Shown piece by piece: positions 29,074 to 37,736 of a DNA stretch of 64,000 nucleotides. Below the pieces are notes generated by a model. That model saw nothing but the letters and a program-made list of their open reading frames with translations, was not told where the DNA came from and ran no database searches. Position 1 is the stretch's first letter; every line of letters starts with the position of its first letter. The translations under genes were made by a program, and so were the position numbers. The DNA lies in the NCBI GenBank assembly GCA_019244185.1, contig JAFATB010000019.1:128001-192000 (forward strand). Direction: 5' to 3'. This DNA is from Acidobacteriota bacterium (GTDB taxonomy: Bacteria > Acidobacteriota > Thermoanaerobaculia > Gp7-AA8).

Positions 29074-30759
29074 TCACCGTGCGCCGCGCCCGATGGCCGC
29101 CGCGCCGCCGCGCTTCTTCTTCCGCGCCTCGAAGAACTCCACGATCTCGTCGACGTCGCGCGTGTTGAAGATCTCCTTCGCCGACAGTCCCGCCTTCCGC
29201 GCGACGAACGTTCCGGTGATCAGCGCGTTGTACTCGCCGATCGAGTGCGCGTCGGGATGGATGCTGAACATCACGCCGCGGTCGAGCGCGCGTTTCGCGT
29301 GACGCCAGTCGAGATCGAGCCTCCGGGGATTGCCGTTGATCTCGATCATCACGCCGCGCTCGCCGGCTTTCTCGAAGATGCGGTCGTAGTCGACGCTGTA
29401 GCCTTCGCGCGAGAGCAAGAGGCGCCCGGTGAGGTGGCCGATGAACGTGACGTGAGGATCGTCGAGCGCGTTCAGGATGCGCTCGGTCATCGCGTCGCGA
29501 TCCATCTTGAACTGCGAGTGCACGGAGGCGATGACGAAGTCGAACTTCGACAGGACTTTCTTCCCGTAGTCCATCGTGCCGTCGGGGAGGATGTCCGCTT
29601 CGGTGCCGCGGAAGACGCGCATCGGCGCGACCGACCCCTCCTGCCGCGCGATCTCCGCGTGCTGCGCGCGCAGCTTGTCTTCGGTGAGGCCGCCCGCGTA
29701 GTACGCGGCGGGTGAATGATCGGAGAGGCCGACATACTCCCAGCCGCGCGCGTGCGCGGCGGAGAGCATCTCCTGCACCGTGTTGCGGCCGTCGGAGAAC
29801 GTGGTGTGGACGTGAAACGTGCCGCGCAGATCGGCGAGCTGCACGAGCTTCGGACGGCGCTTCTTTGCGAGATCGTCGGCGCTCTCGCGGCGTTCGGGCT
29901 CGACGAACGTAAAGCCCGCTTTCTTGAACGCATCGGCTTCTGTTTTGGCTTTGGAAATCGCGCCGAACGCGTCGACGAACTCCTGCGAGCCGGTGGTGCG
30001 CAGCAGCGTCGAGCCGAAGTCGGACGCGCTCGTGAAGTGCAGCAGCACGTCGACCTCGTTGCGCGCGACGCCTTTCCACGTGTCGTCGTCGAGCTGCTCG
30101 AGGTTCGCGATGACGCCGCGCAGTTCGTCGACCACCGCGTCGCGTTTCTTCGTGCTGATGACGACGTTCACGTTGCGGATGACTTCGAGGCGTCGGCGCA
30201 CGCTGCCGGAGACCTCGACCGCGTCGACGCCGCTCATCGCCTCGATGCGCTCGCGCAGCACCTCGCCGATCTCGATGCCGACCGGCAGCAGGAACTGCGA
30301 CTCGCGCTGGCGCGCGAAGCCGATGCCTTTGAGGATCTGCTCGGCCGTCTTCGCGCCGAAGCCTTTGAGCTCCGTGATGCGGCCGTCGCGCGCGGCCGCT
30401 TCCAATTCGTCCAGCGATCCGATGCCGAGCTCCGAGTAGAGCTGGCCGATTTTCTTCAGGCCGAGACGCGGGACGCGCATCAGCTCGAAGATGCCGGCCG
30501 GATATTGCGCGCGCAGCTCCTCCAGGTATCGCGACGAGCCGGTGCGCACGATCTCCTCGACGATCTGCGCGGTGGCTTTGCCGATGCCGGAGATGCCGAG
30601 GAGGCCGCCGGAGGCGACGAGGGCGTCGAGATCGCCTTCAATTTTTTCGACCGCGCGCGCGGCCTTCTCGAACGCGCGCGCGCGGAACGGATTCGGATCG
30701 CTCAGTTCGAGATAGCGGGAGATCTCGTCGAGCGTCTTCGCGACGGTGAATTTATCCAT
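29074..30759 (-). CDS. polX: family X DNA polymerase/PHP exonuclease (non-canonical polymerase site)
   Basis: NPFRARAF, HhH GIGK/GFGAKT, GSVRR; PHP HVHTTFSDG, DHS, GHLTGR, DAH. Confidence 0.9.
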   Translation of the reverse strand: MDKFTVAKTLDEISRYLELSDPNPFRARAFEKAARAVEKIEGDLDALVASGGLLGISGIGKATAQIVEEIVRTGSSRYLEELRAQYPAGIFELMRVPRLGLKKIGQLYSELGIGSLDELEAAARDGRITELKGFGAKTAEQILKGIGFARQRESQFLLPVGIEIGEVLRERIEAMSGVDAVEVSGSVRRRLEVIRNVNVVISTKKRDAVVDELRGVIANLEQLDDDTWKGVARNEVDVLLHFTSASDFGSTLLRTTGSQEFVDAFGAISKAKTEADAFKKAGFTFVEPERRESADDLAKKRRPKLVQLADLRGTFHVHTTFSDGRNTVQEMLSAAHARGWEYVGLSDHSPAAYYAGGLTEDKLRAQHAEIARQEGSVAPMRVFRGTEADILPDGTMDYGKKVLSKFDFVIASVHSQFKMDRDAMTERILNALDDPHVTFIGHLTGRLLLSREGYSVDYDRIFEKAGERGVMIEINGNPRRLDLDWRHAKRALDRGVMFSIHPDAHSIGEYNALITGTFVARKAGLSAKEIFNTRDVDEIVEFFEARKKKRGGAAAIGRGAR

Positions 30760-30779
30760 ACGCTGACTATGATGACGGA

Positions 30780-31472
30780 ATGCAAGCACGCGACCGTCTC
30801 CATGCCCGTCTGGTAGTGGCTGTCGACGTCTCGCAGCGCGACGACATCCTCCGTCTCGTGGACTCGCTGCACGGCGTGGCGGGCGTGTTCAAGATCGGCC
30901 TGCAGGCGTTCATCGCGAACGGTCCGTCGATCGTGCGCGAGCTCGTCGCGCGCGGCGAGCGCGTGTTCCTCGACCTGAAGATCCACGACATCCCGAACAC
31001 CGCGCAGCACGCGATCGCCGAAGCCGCGGAGCTCGGCGCGTTCATCGCCACCGTGCACACCGCCGGCGGCTCGGCGATGCTGCGCGCGTGCGCGCATGGC
31101 TCTCTCCTCGTCCTCGGCGTCACGATTCTCACGAGCCTCGACGACGCCGCGCTCGCGGAGATCGGCTTTGCGGGCAACGCGGTCGACAACGCCGTGCGCC
31201 TCGCGCGGCTCGCGCGCGCGAGCGGCTTGCGGGGCGTCGTCGCGTCGCCGCACGAGATCGCGCCGATTCGCGAGGCATGCGGCGACGACTTCGTGATCCT
31301 CACACCGGGCATCCGTCCCTCGGGCTCCGATGCCGGCGATCAGCGCCGCACGATGACGCCACGCGAGGCGATCGCCGCGGGCGCCGACTATCTCGTCGTG
31401 GGACGCCCCATCACAGGTGCGGCCGACGCGAGGTCGGCCGCACTGAAGATTCTCGAAGAGATGGACGCTTAA
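30780..31472 (+). CDS. pyrF: orotidine-5'-phosphate decarboxylase
   Basis: FLDLKIHDIPNT, VTILTS, TPGIR, DQRR, VVGRPI. Confidence 0.97.
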   Translation: MQARDRLHARLVVAVDVSQRDDILRLVDSLHGVAGVFKIGLQAFIANGPSIVRELVARGERVFLDLKIHDIPNTAQHAIAEAAELGAFIATVHTAGGSAMLRACAHGSLLVLGVTILTSLDDAALAEIGFAGNAVDNAVRLARLARASGLRGVVASPHEIAPIREACGDDFVILTPGIRPSGSDAGDQRRTMTPREAIAAGADYLVVGRPITGAADARSAALKILEEMDA

Positions 31473-32983
31473 CGCACGGAGCGCCGGCGCGGCACCGTGC
31501 AGTTCGAGCCCGGTCCCGGGAAGAAGATGCGCATCGACGCGAACTGGCGGCGATTGTTCAGCGTGTCCGTGCCGATGGCGCGCAGCACGTGCTCGCCGCG
31601 CGGCGTGTTGTCGAGATTCACGCCGATGCGCCAGTTGTCGACCGGCGTCGTGCTGGAGATGTCGGTGCGCGGCGTGCCGCCGATGAGCGCGGGTCCGAGC
31701 GAGGCGTTGTCGAGGAAGAGCTCGACGTTGGTGATCTTCTGCGTGCCGGTGACCCAGCCGTGGATCGACGCGCCGCCGCAGGTGAGGTGCTCGATGCTAT
31801 CCAGCTCGATGCGTCCGGTGACGATGCCGCACGAGCCCCAGCTCTGCAGGCCGGTCGTTTCGCCGATCACGTAAACGTATGGCCCGATGGCGACGGGATT
31901 GTGTTTCACCTCGTCGTCGCTGGTCATGGTCACGTCTTCGTAAAGGCGCTCGACCGAGCCTTCGAGCTGCGGCACGGTGAAGTCGAAGACGTCGAAGGCG
32001 ATCGTGCGCGCGGCGTTGAGCGTCATCTGATCGACTTCGTCGACGAGCGTCACGAGGCGCGCGTTCGAGTCGTCGAACCACGCGTTGCGGTTGAAGCGGA
32101 TCGGGTTCGCGCGATTGAGCGCGAGATACGGCGCGATCGTCAGCTGCCGCGTGCGCAGGAAGAGCGGCGCGAAGCCGACGCGCACGGACACGGTGTCAAT
32201 GGTCGTGTCGTTGCCGATGGCGATGAAGTCGGCGCCGTTGCTCACCAGCCACTTGCCGGGGATGGCCAGGCGCTCGACCGCGCGCGGCGCCGCGGAGTTC
32301 GTGATGTCGAACGCGTAGAGGCCGGTCTCGGAGATGCCCATGAGCAGCCCGGAGTTGAAGGCGACGTCGTTCCAGCCGAGGGGCGCGATGCCGGCGAATG
32401 GACGGATGTTCGAGCTGATCGAGCTGACGAACGTCGGCGCGACAGTGGGCGTGCTGATGTCGAAGAGATCGATCTGGTTCGAGCAGAGCGACGTGCCTTT
32501 CGGATAGCACGGCAGATCGGTGGACGGATAGAGACCGGCGAGGCGGTTGTTCGCCGCGGCGAGGCGGCGGTAGTGCAGCCCCGGCGTGCGCGCGACGAGG
32601 ATCGGCGCGTTGCCGCCCGAGCGGACGTTGCGCAGGTCGTAGACCTCGAGGCCGGCCTCGCTGCTGAGATAGAGGAAGCCGTTGTTGAACGCGACGCCGC
32701 CTTCGGTCTCGCGCGCGCCGAGGGAGCCGATGAAGTCCTCGCGCGCGATCTGCAGGTTGCCGACGTCGTTCACGGTGTACGTCGACAGCACGTTGCCGCG
32801 CAACGCGAAGACGGTGTTGCCGCTGCGGAACACGCCGTGCGGCGAGAGATCGAAATCGGTCGACGCGGGATTCACATCCGCGAGCGAGAGCGGACACTCC
32901 GCGATCAGATGATCCGCGTACAGAAATGGAGCGGAGAAGACGAGCAGCACGACGACCAAAGCGACCCGTGAACACACACGCAT
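31469..32983 (-). CDS. secreted beta-propeller plus Ig-like domain protein
   Basis: GGAGG SD, signal peptide, LVIVD-like blades, C-terminal Ig-like domain, ends VPRRRSVR. Confidence 0.8.
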   Translation of the reverse strand: MRVCSRVALVVVLLVFSAPFLYADHLIAECPLSLADVNPASTDFDLSPHGVFRSGNTVFALRGNVLSTYTVNDVGNLQIAREDFIGSLGARETEGGVAFNNGFLYLSSEAGLEVYDLRNVRSGGNAPILVARTPGLHYRRLAAANNRLAGLYPSTDLPCYPKGTSLCSNQIDLFDISTPTVAPTFVSSISSNIRPFAGIAPLGWNDVAFNSGLLMGISETGLYAFDITNSAAPRAVERLAIPGKWLVSNGADFIAIGNDTTIDTVSVRVGFAPLFLRTRQLTIAPYLALNRANPIRFNRNAWFDDSNARLVTLVDEVDQMTLNAARTIAFDVFDFTVPQLEGSVERLYEDVTMTSDDEVKHNPVAIGPYVYVIGETTGLQSWGSCGIVTGRIELDSIEHLTCGGASIHGWVTGTQKITNVELFLDNASLGPALIGGTPRTDISSTTPVDNWRIGVNLDNTPRGEHVLRAIGTDTLNNRRQFASMRIFFPGPGSNCTVPRRRSVR

Positions 32984-33178
32984 AAAGCCTCCCGTAAGCA
33001 CACCCGTGACGCCCGGCGTCCCCGCGCGCGTAGCGTCTCCACGATTCGCGGACACCGGCCGTTGACGATGGCGCGGCCCCGCTCCAATGAGCAGTCCAAG
33101 TTCGTCTTGGGAGCTAAGTGTGTCGCAAGTCGTGATTTTTTTGCAAGATCGGCCCGCCGTGTATCATGGACGCGGACA

Positions 33179-33763
33179 ATGCTCGACGGACATGTGCTGG
33201 TACTGAATCGCGTGTTTCAGGCCGTGCAAATCACGTCGGTGCGGCGCGCGCTGACGCTTCTGTACAAAGGACAGGTGCGAGCGGTCGACTCGGAGTATCG
33301 CACCTACGACTTCGAGATCTGGGCGGACATCCCCGTGCAGCCCAGCGATCATTATGTCCAGACGCCCAGCCGGAACATCCTCATTCCGCACGTCGTGCAG
33401 CTGCTCGCCTTCGACCGCCTGCCGCGGCAGGAAGTGAAGTTCTCGCGCGGCAACATCTATCTGCGCGACCAGAACCGCTGCCAGTACTGCGGGAAGAAGT
33501 TCCCCTCGTCCGAGCTCTCGCTCGATCACGTCATCCCCATCTCGCGCGGCGGCAAGTCGACGTGGGAGAACGTCGTCTGCGCGTGCCTGCCGTGCAACGT
33601 GCGCAAAGGCAACAAGCTCCTCCACGAAAGCGACATGCGCCTCATCCGCCTGCCGCACCGCCCGAAGTGGCATCCGCTGCACCGGCTGCAAGGGAGGACG
33701 TATCCGGAGATCTGGAAGAACTTTTTGGATGAGGCGTACTGGAACGTCGAGCTTCGATCTTAG
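33179..33763 (+). CDS. HNH endonuclease (McrA-like)
   Basis: VLVLN, RDQNRCQYCG, LDHVIPISRGG, CLPCNVRKG. Confidence 0.93.
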   Translation: MLDGHVLVLNRVFQAVQITSVRRALTLLYKGQVRAVDSEYRTYDFEIWADIPVQPSDHYVQTPSRNILIPHVVQLLAFDRLPRQEVKFSRGNIYLRDQNRCQYCGKKFPSSELSLDHVIPISRGGKSTWENVVCACLPCNVRKGNKLLHESDMRLIRLPHRPKWHPLHRLQGRTYPEIWKNFLDEAYWNVELRS

Positions 33764-33783
33764 GGACCGGGCAACGTATGCGG

Positions 33784-33813
33784 ATGGACGGGCGCTTTGG
33801 CGCCCGTTCGTGT
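33784..33813 (+). terminator. possible terminator hairpin after the HNH gene
   Basis: GACGGGCGC/GCGCCCGTT stem with a weak U-tract. Confidence 0.45.
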
Positions 33814-33830
33814 TTGGGGCGCCCGGCGTA

Positions 33831-33937
33831 GGAATGAAGAACGCAGAACGCAGAATGAAGAATTGAGAAGAGAGCCCGCCCGCGCGGCGTCGTTCTTTTT
33901 CTACGTTCTTCATTCTGCGTTCTGCGTTCTTCATTCC
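33831..33937. repeat. heptamer-repeat inverted-arm element, copy C (inverted)
   Basis: GGAATGAAGAACGCAGAACGCAGAATGAAGAA and its reverse complement; 19-nt core at 33852-33870. Confidence 0.88.
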
Positions 33938-34038
33938 GGTTTCTGTGCGGCCGCGCTGAAGCGCGCCTAAGCACCTGCAAACGCGCGTCTTCCTTCTTTG
34001 GATCACTTCTTGCTCTTGCGTCCTCCCCGGAGTACGCG

Positions 34039-34332
34039 ATGACGTTGGTGAACTCTCTTTGTGCGGAGATCAGTGTGTTTCAGGGGATCGGCGAGTCGAC
34101 CGGCATCGTCGTCGAGCGGAGCGCCATCCGCGGGAAGAAGGGGCTCTGCAAGAGCATGCGCGATCTGGCGATCAAGTCGCGCGTCCTCGGCGACGGCTAC
34201 TACTACATCCCGATCGACCTCTGGCCGAAAGCAAAAGAGCCGGTGACGGTGCACAAACACGACTGGACGGTCATCAGCTCGATCCCGCGGACGACCCGCA
34301 TCGGCAAGAAGCGGCGCGCCGCGAGCGAGTGA
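34039..34332 (+). CDS. hypothetical protein (97 aa)
   Basis: GGAG SD, biased codon usage. Confidence 0.6.
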   Translation: MTLVNSLCAEISVFQGIGESTGIVVERSAIRGKKGLCKSMRDLAIKSRVLGDGYYYIPIDLWPKAKEPVTVHKHDWTVISSIPRTTRIGKKRRAASE

Positions 34333-34397
34333 CCGCGCGGCGGGTACGCCGCGTGCAGCCGCGACCTTCCGACAATCGAATGGGAGTGTGACTTCAC

Positions 34398-35579
34398 ATG
34401 AAACTGTGGAAAGTGTTTCTCCTCGCGCTGGCGATCGCCGCCCCGCTGTCGGCGCAAACCGAAGAAGGTCCGGGACAGGCGCAGGGCGCCGCCGTCGACA
34501 CGACGGGCCGCGGCTACAGCGCCGCGTACGTCATCGAGACCTCGACCAAGCAGCCGCTCTTCGCGCTCAACGAACATCAGCCGCTGCCGACGGCCTCGAT
34601 GGCGAAGATGATGACGCTGCTCATCACCATGGAGGAGATCCGCGACGGACGCCTCAAGTACGACACGCCGGTCACGGTCTCGGCGCGCGCGTCGAAGATG
34701 GGCGGCTCGCAGGTCTACCTGCGCGCGGGCTCGGTATGGCCCGTGAAAAACCTCATCATCGCCACGATGGTGCAGTCGGCGAACGATGCTGCCGAGGCGC
34801 TCGCGGAGAAGATCGCCGGGTCGGCGGAGAACTTCGCCGACATGATGAACCAGCGCGCGCAGGAGCTCGGGCTCACGCACTCGCACTTCTACGATCCGCA
34901 CGGCCTGCCGAACTCGAAGGATCCGACGCACATCAACACGATGTGCCCGCACGACCTCGCCATCCTCGGCATGGAAGTCATGAAGTACCAGCTTCTCCGC
35001 GATCTCGCGAAGACGCCGGAAATGCCGTTCCGCAACGGCACGCTCGAGAAGATCTACAACCCGAACCACCTCATCAATCCGCGCAAGGCGAATTACATGG
35101 AAGACGCGACCGGCATCAAGACCGGTTACTCCGGCCCCGCCGGCTACTGCGTCACCGCGTCCGCCAAACGCGCCGGGATGGAAGTCGTCGCGGTGGTGAT
35201 GGGCGCGAAGACCGGCGGCGGTCCGAATGGCTCGTTCGCGAATGCAGGACGCCTCATGAACGAGGCGCTCGTGAACTACCGCATGGCCACGCCCGCGAAG
35301 AAAGGCACGCAGGTCGGACAGGCGACCGTGAAGAACGGACGCGCGAAGACGGTGGCGGTCGTCGCCGGCGCCGATGCGACCGCGCTCGTGAAACGCGGCC
35401 AGGATCGCAACATCAAGATCACGTACAGCGGCGGCGAAGTGACCGCGCCGGTGAAGAAGGGACAGCAGATCGGCACCGTGCTCGTGCAGAACGGCAACGA
35501 GACGATCGCGAAGATCCCTGCGCTCGCCGCGGCCGACGTCGAGAAGCAGTCGGCGTGGAAGTCCTTCTGGCCCTTTTAG
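34398..35579 (+). CDS. D-alanyl-D-alanine carboxypeptidase (peptidase S11, DacA-like)
   Basis: SxxK (ASMAK), SxN (SAN), KTG, PBP5 C-terminal domain. Confidence 0.94.
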   Translation: MKLWKVFLLALAIAAPLSAQTEEGPGQAQGAAVDTTGRGYSAAYVIETSTKQPLFALNEHQPLPTASMAKMMTLLITMEEIRDGRLKYDTPVTVSARASKMGGSQVYLRAGSVWPVKNLIIATMVQSANDAAEALAEKIAGSAENFADMMNQRAQELGLTHSHFYDPHGLPNSKDPTHINTMCPHDLAILGMEVMKYQLLRDLAKTPEMPFRNGTLEKIYNPNHLINPRKANYMEDATGIKTGYSGPAGYCVTASAKRAGMEVVAVVMGAKTGGGPNGSFANAGRLMNEALVNYRMATPAKKGTQVGQATVKNGRAKTVAVVAGADATALVKRGQDRNIKITYSGGEVTAPVKKGQQIGTVLVQNGNETIAKIPALAAADVEKQSAWKSFWPF

Positions 35580-36184
35580 CTGAAGACCACGCGTCGCCCT
35601 TCGACGCGCCACGCGCGCGTCGCTAACGATCGCAACGCCTCCACGTACGCGGCGTGCTCCTGACTCAGGATGCGCGCCGCAAGCGTGGAGGCGTCGTCGT
35701 CTTCATGCACCGGCACCGCGCGCTGCACGAGGATCGGTCCCGCGTCGAGCTGCTCGTCGACGAGATGCACCGTGCAGCCCGACACCTTCACGCCGTACGC
35801 GACCGCCTGCGCCTGCGCGTCGACGCCGGGAAACGCGGGCAACAGCGACGGATGGATGTTGACGATGCGATTGCGCCAGCGGGCGATGAACTCCGCGCCG
35901 AGAAGGCGCATGTAGCCCGCGAGCGCGATGAAGTCCGGCCGCGCCTCGTCGAGCACGCGCAGCACCTCGGTCTCGTGCGCCGCGCGCGAGGCGAAGAGCT
36001 TGTGATCGATCGCATGCGCCGCGTAGCCGTAGTCGCGCGCGCGCTGCAGTCCCGCGGCATCGGGACGGTTCGAGATCACGCACACGATCTGCGCCGGCAG
36101 CTCGCCGCGCGCGATCGCCTCGTGAATGGCCTGGAAGTTCGAGCCACGTCCGGAGAGCAGCACCGCGACGCGCATCACGCTCAC
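35576..36184 (-). CDS. purN: phosphoribosylglycinamide formyltransferase
   Basis: SGRGSN, LAGYMR, NIHPSLLP, GCTVH, LDAGP. Confidence 0.96.
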   Translation of the reverse strand: MSVMRVAVLLSGRGSNFQAIHEAIARGELPAQIVCVISNRPDAAGLQRARDYGYAAHAIDHKLFASRAAHETEVLRVLDEARPDFIALAGYMRLLGAEFIARWRNRIVNIHPSLLPAFPGVDAQAQAVAYGVKVSGCTVHLVDEQLDAGPILVQRAVPVHEDDDASTLAARILSQEHAAYVEALRSLATRAWRVEGRRVVFS

Positions 36185-36191
36185 TCGACCC

Positions 36192-37256
36192 TTACTCGAT
36201 CCACGACGCGAAGCCGCTCGGCGGCACGTCGTACACCACGCGTCCCGAGCCCTTCACCACGTTGCCGATGAAGTAGCACGCCTGCCCGATCTGCGTGAAG
36301 TGCTGCGCCACGCGGCCGACGGCATCCGGCGCGACGATGAGCACCATGCCGATGCCCATGTTGAACACGCGCAGCATCTCGTCGCGGTCGACGTTGCCTT
36401 TCTCGAAGATCAAGCGGAACAGCGGCAGCACCGGCCACGAGCCGAGCTTGATCCGCGCGTCGAGCGTCTCCGGCAGCACGCGCGGCACGTTGTCCGTGAG
36501 GCCGCCGCCGGTGATGTGCGCGAGCGCGTGCAGCGCGCGCTCTTCGACGAGCGGCAGCAGCGGCTTGAGATACGAGATGTGCGGCGCCAGCAGCGCCTCG
36601 CCGATCTTGCCGATGCCGGGGACGATGCTCTGGTGGTCGTAGCCGAGCTGGTCGAAGAGCACCTTGCGCGCGAGCGAGTAGCCGTTCGTGTGCAGGCCGA
36701 CGGACGGCAGTCCGATCAGCACGTCGCCTTCGCGCACGGCCTTGCCGTCGATGAGCTTCGAAGCGTCGACGACGCCGAGGATGAAGCCGGCGACGTCGTA
36801 GTCATCGTCGCCGTAGAAGCCCGGCATCTCCGCGGTCTCGCCGCCGATCAGCGCGCAGCCGTTCTCGCGGCACGCGCGGGCCATGCCGCGCACGACGTCG
36901 GTCATCACCGGCGGGCGCAGCTTGCCGGTCGCGTAGTAGTCGAGGAAGAACAGCGGACGCGCGCCCTGCACGAGGATGTCGTTGACGCAGTGCGAGACGA
37001 GGTCGTAGCCGACGGTGTCGTGGATCTTCATCGCCTGCGCGACGCGCAGCTTCGTTCCGACGCCGTCGGTCGACGACACGAGGATCGGCGCATCGATGCC
37101 TTCGAACGTGCCGCGAAAGAGGCCGCCGAACGAGCCGATGTCGGAGAGCACGCCCGGCGTGTACGTGTCGCGCACGATGCGCCGCACCTCGCGCAGAGCC
37201 TCGTCCTGGGCGTCGATGTCGACGCCGGAATCGCGGTACGACGTCTTGTCCGGCAC
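36192..37256 (-). CDS. purM: AIR synthetase
   Basis: SYRDSGVDI, TDGVGTK, GGETAEMPG, GLHTNGYSL, HITGGG, FNMGIG. Confidence 0.96.
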   Translation of the reverse strand: MPDKTSYRDSGVDIDAQDEALREVRRIVRDTYTPGVLSDIGSFGGLFRGTFEGIDAPILVSSTDGVGTKLRVAQAMKIHDTVGYDLVSHCVNDILVQGARPLFFLDYYATGKLRPPVMTDVVRGMARACRENGCALIGGETAEMPGFYGDDDYDVAGFILGVVDASKLIDGKAVREGDVLIGLPSVGLHTNGYSLARKVLFDQLGYDHQSIVPGIGKIGEALLAPHISYLKPLLPLVEERALHALAHITGGGLTDNVPRVLPETLDARIKLGSWPVLPLFRLIFEKGNVDRDEMLRVFNMGIGMVLIVAPDAVGRVAQHFTQIGQACYFIGNVVKGSGRVVYDVPPSGFASWIE

Positions 37257-37283
37257 GGGGGCGGAGTCTAGCATGTCGAATCC

Positions 37284-37736
37284 GTGGCTCAGGCTCTGCT
37301 CGTCTCCACGCTTCTCACCATTGCCGGTCTCGTCGCGACGATCGTCCTCGGCGTCCGCGCGACGCCGGCGCACGTCGCGAATCACATCATCGTCGCGCTC
37401 GCAACGGTGATCGTCGGCCTGTTCTCGCAGTCCATGACGATGTTCTTCTTCATCGGCACGGGCAAAGAACTGAAGGACAAATCCGAGCAGGACGCGCGCG
37501 TCGTGCAGCAGACCAAGGCGTTCAAGTCGCGCGTCTTCCCCGCGGCGATGTGGGCCATGGCCGCGATCATGGTGACCTTCATCATGGGCGGCGGCGTCGG
37601 CTCCGGCAAAACACCGCTGTGGCTGCACAACGCGTCGGCCGCGCTGTCGATCTTCCTCTTCGGCCGCGCGTACGTGATTCAGATCCGCGCGATGATGGAG
37701 AACGCGTCGCTGATGGAGCGCTACCTCAAGGACTGA
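37284..37736 (+). CDS. hypothetical 4-TM membrane protein
   Basis: hydrophobic segments, FFFIGTGK motif. Confidence 0.75.
   Translation: MAQALLVSTLLTIAGLVATIVLGVRATPAHVANHIIVALATVIVGLFSQSMTMFFFIGTGKELKDKSEQDARVVQQTKAFKSRVFPAAMWAMAAIMVTFIMGGGVGSGKTPLWLHNASAALSIFLFGRAYVIQIRAMMENASLMERYLKD

Noticed and set aside
33179-33763. HNH gene as a defence system or homing endonuclease
   Set aside because: It resembles the widespread solitary chromosomal HNH family, and there is no methylase, intron or island context.
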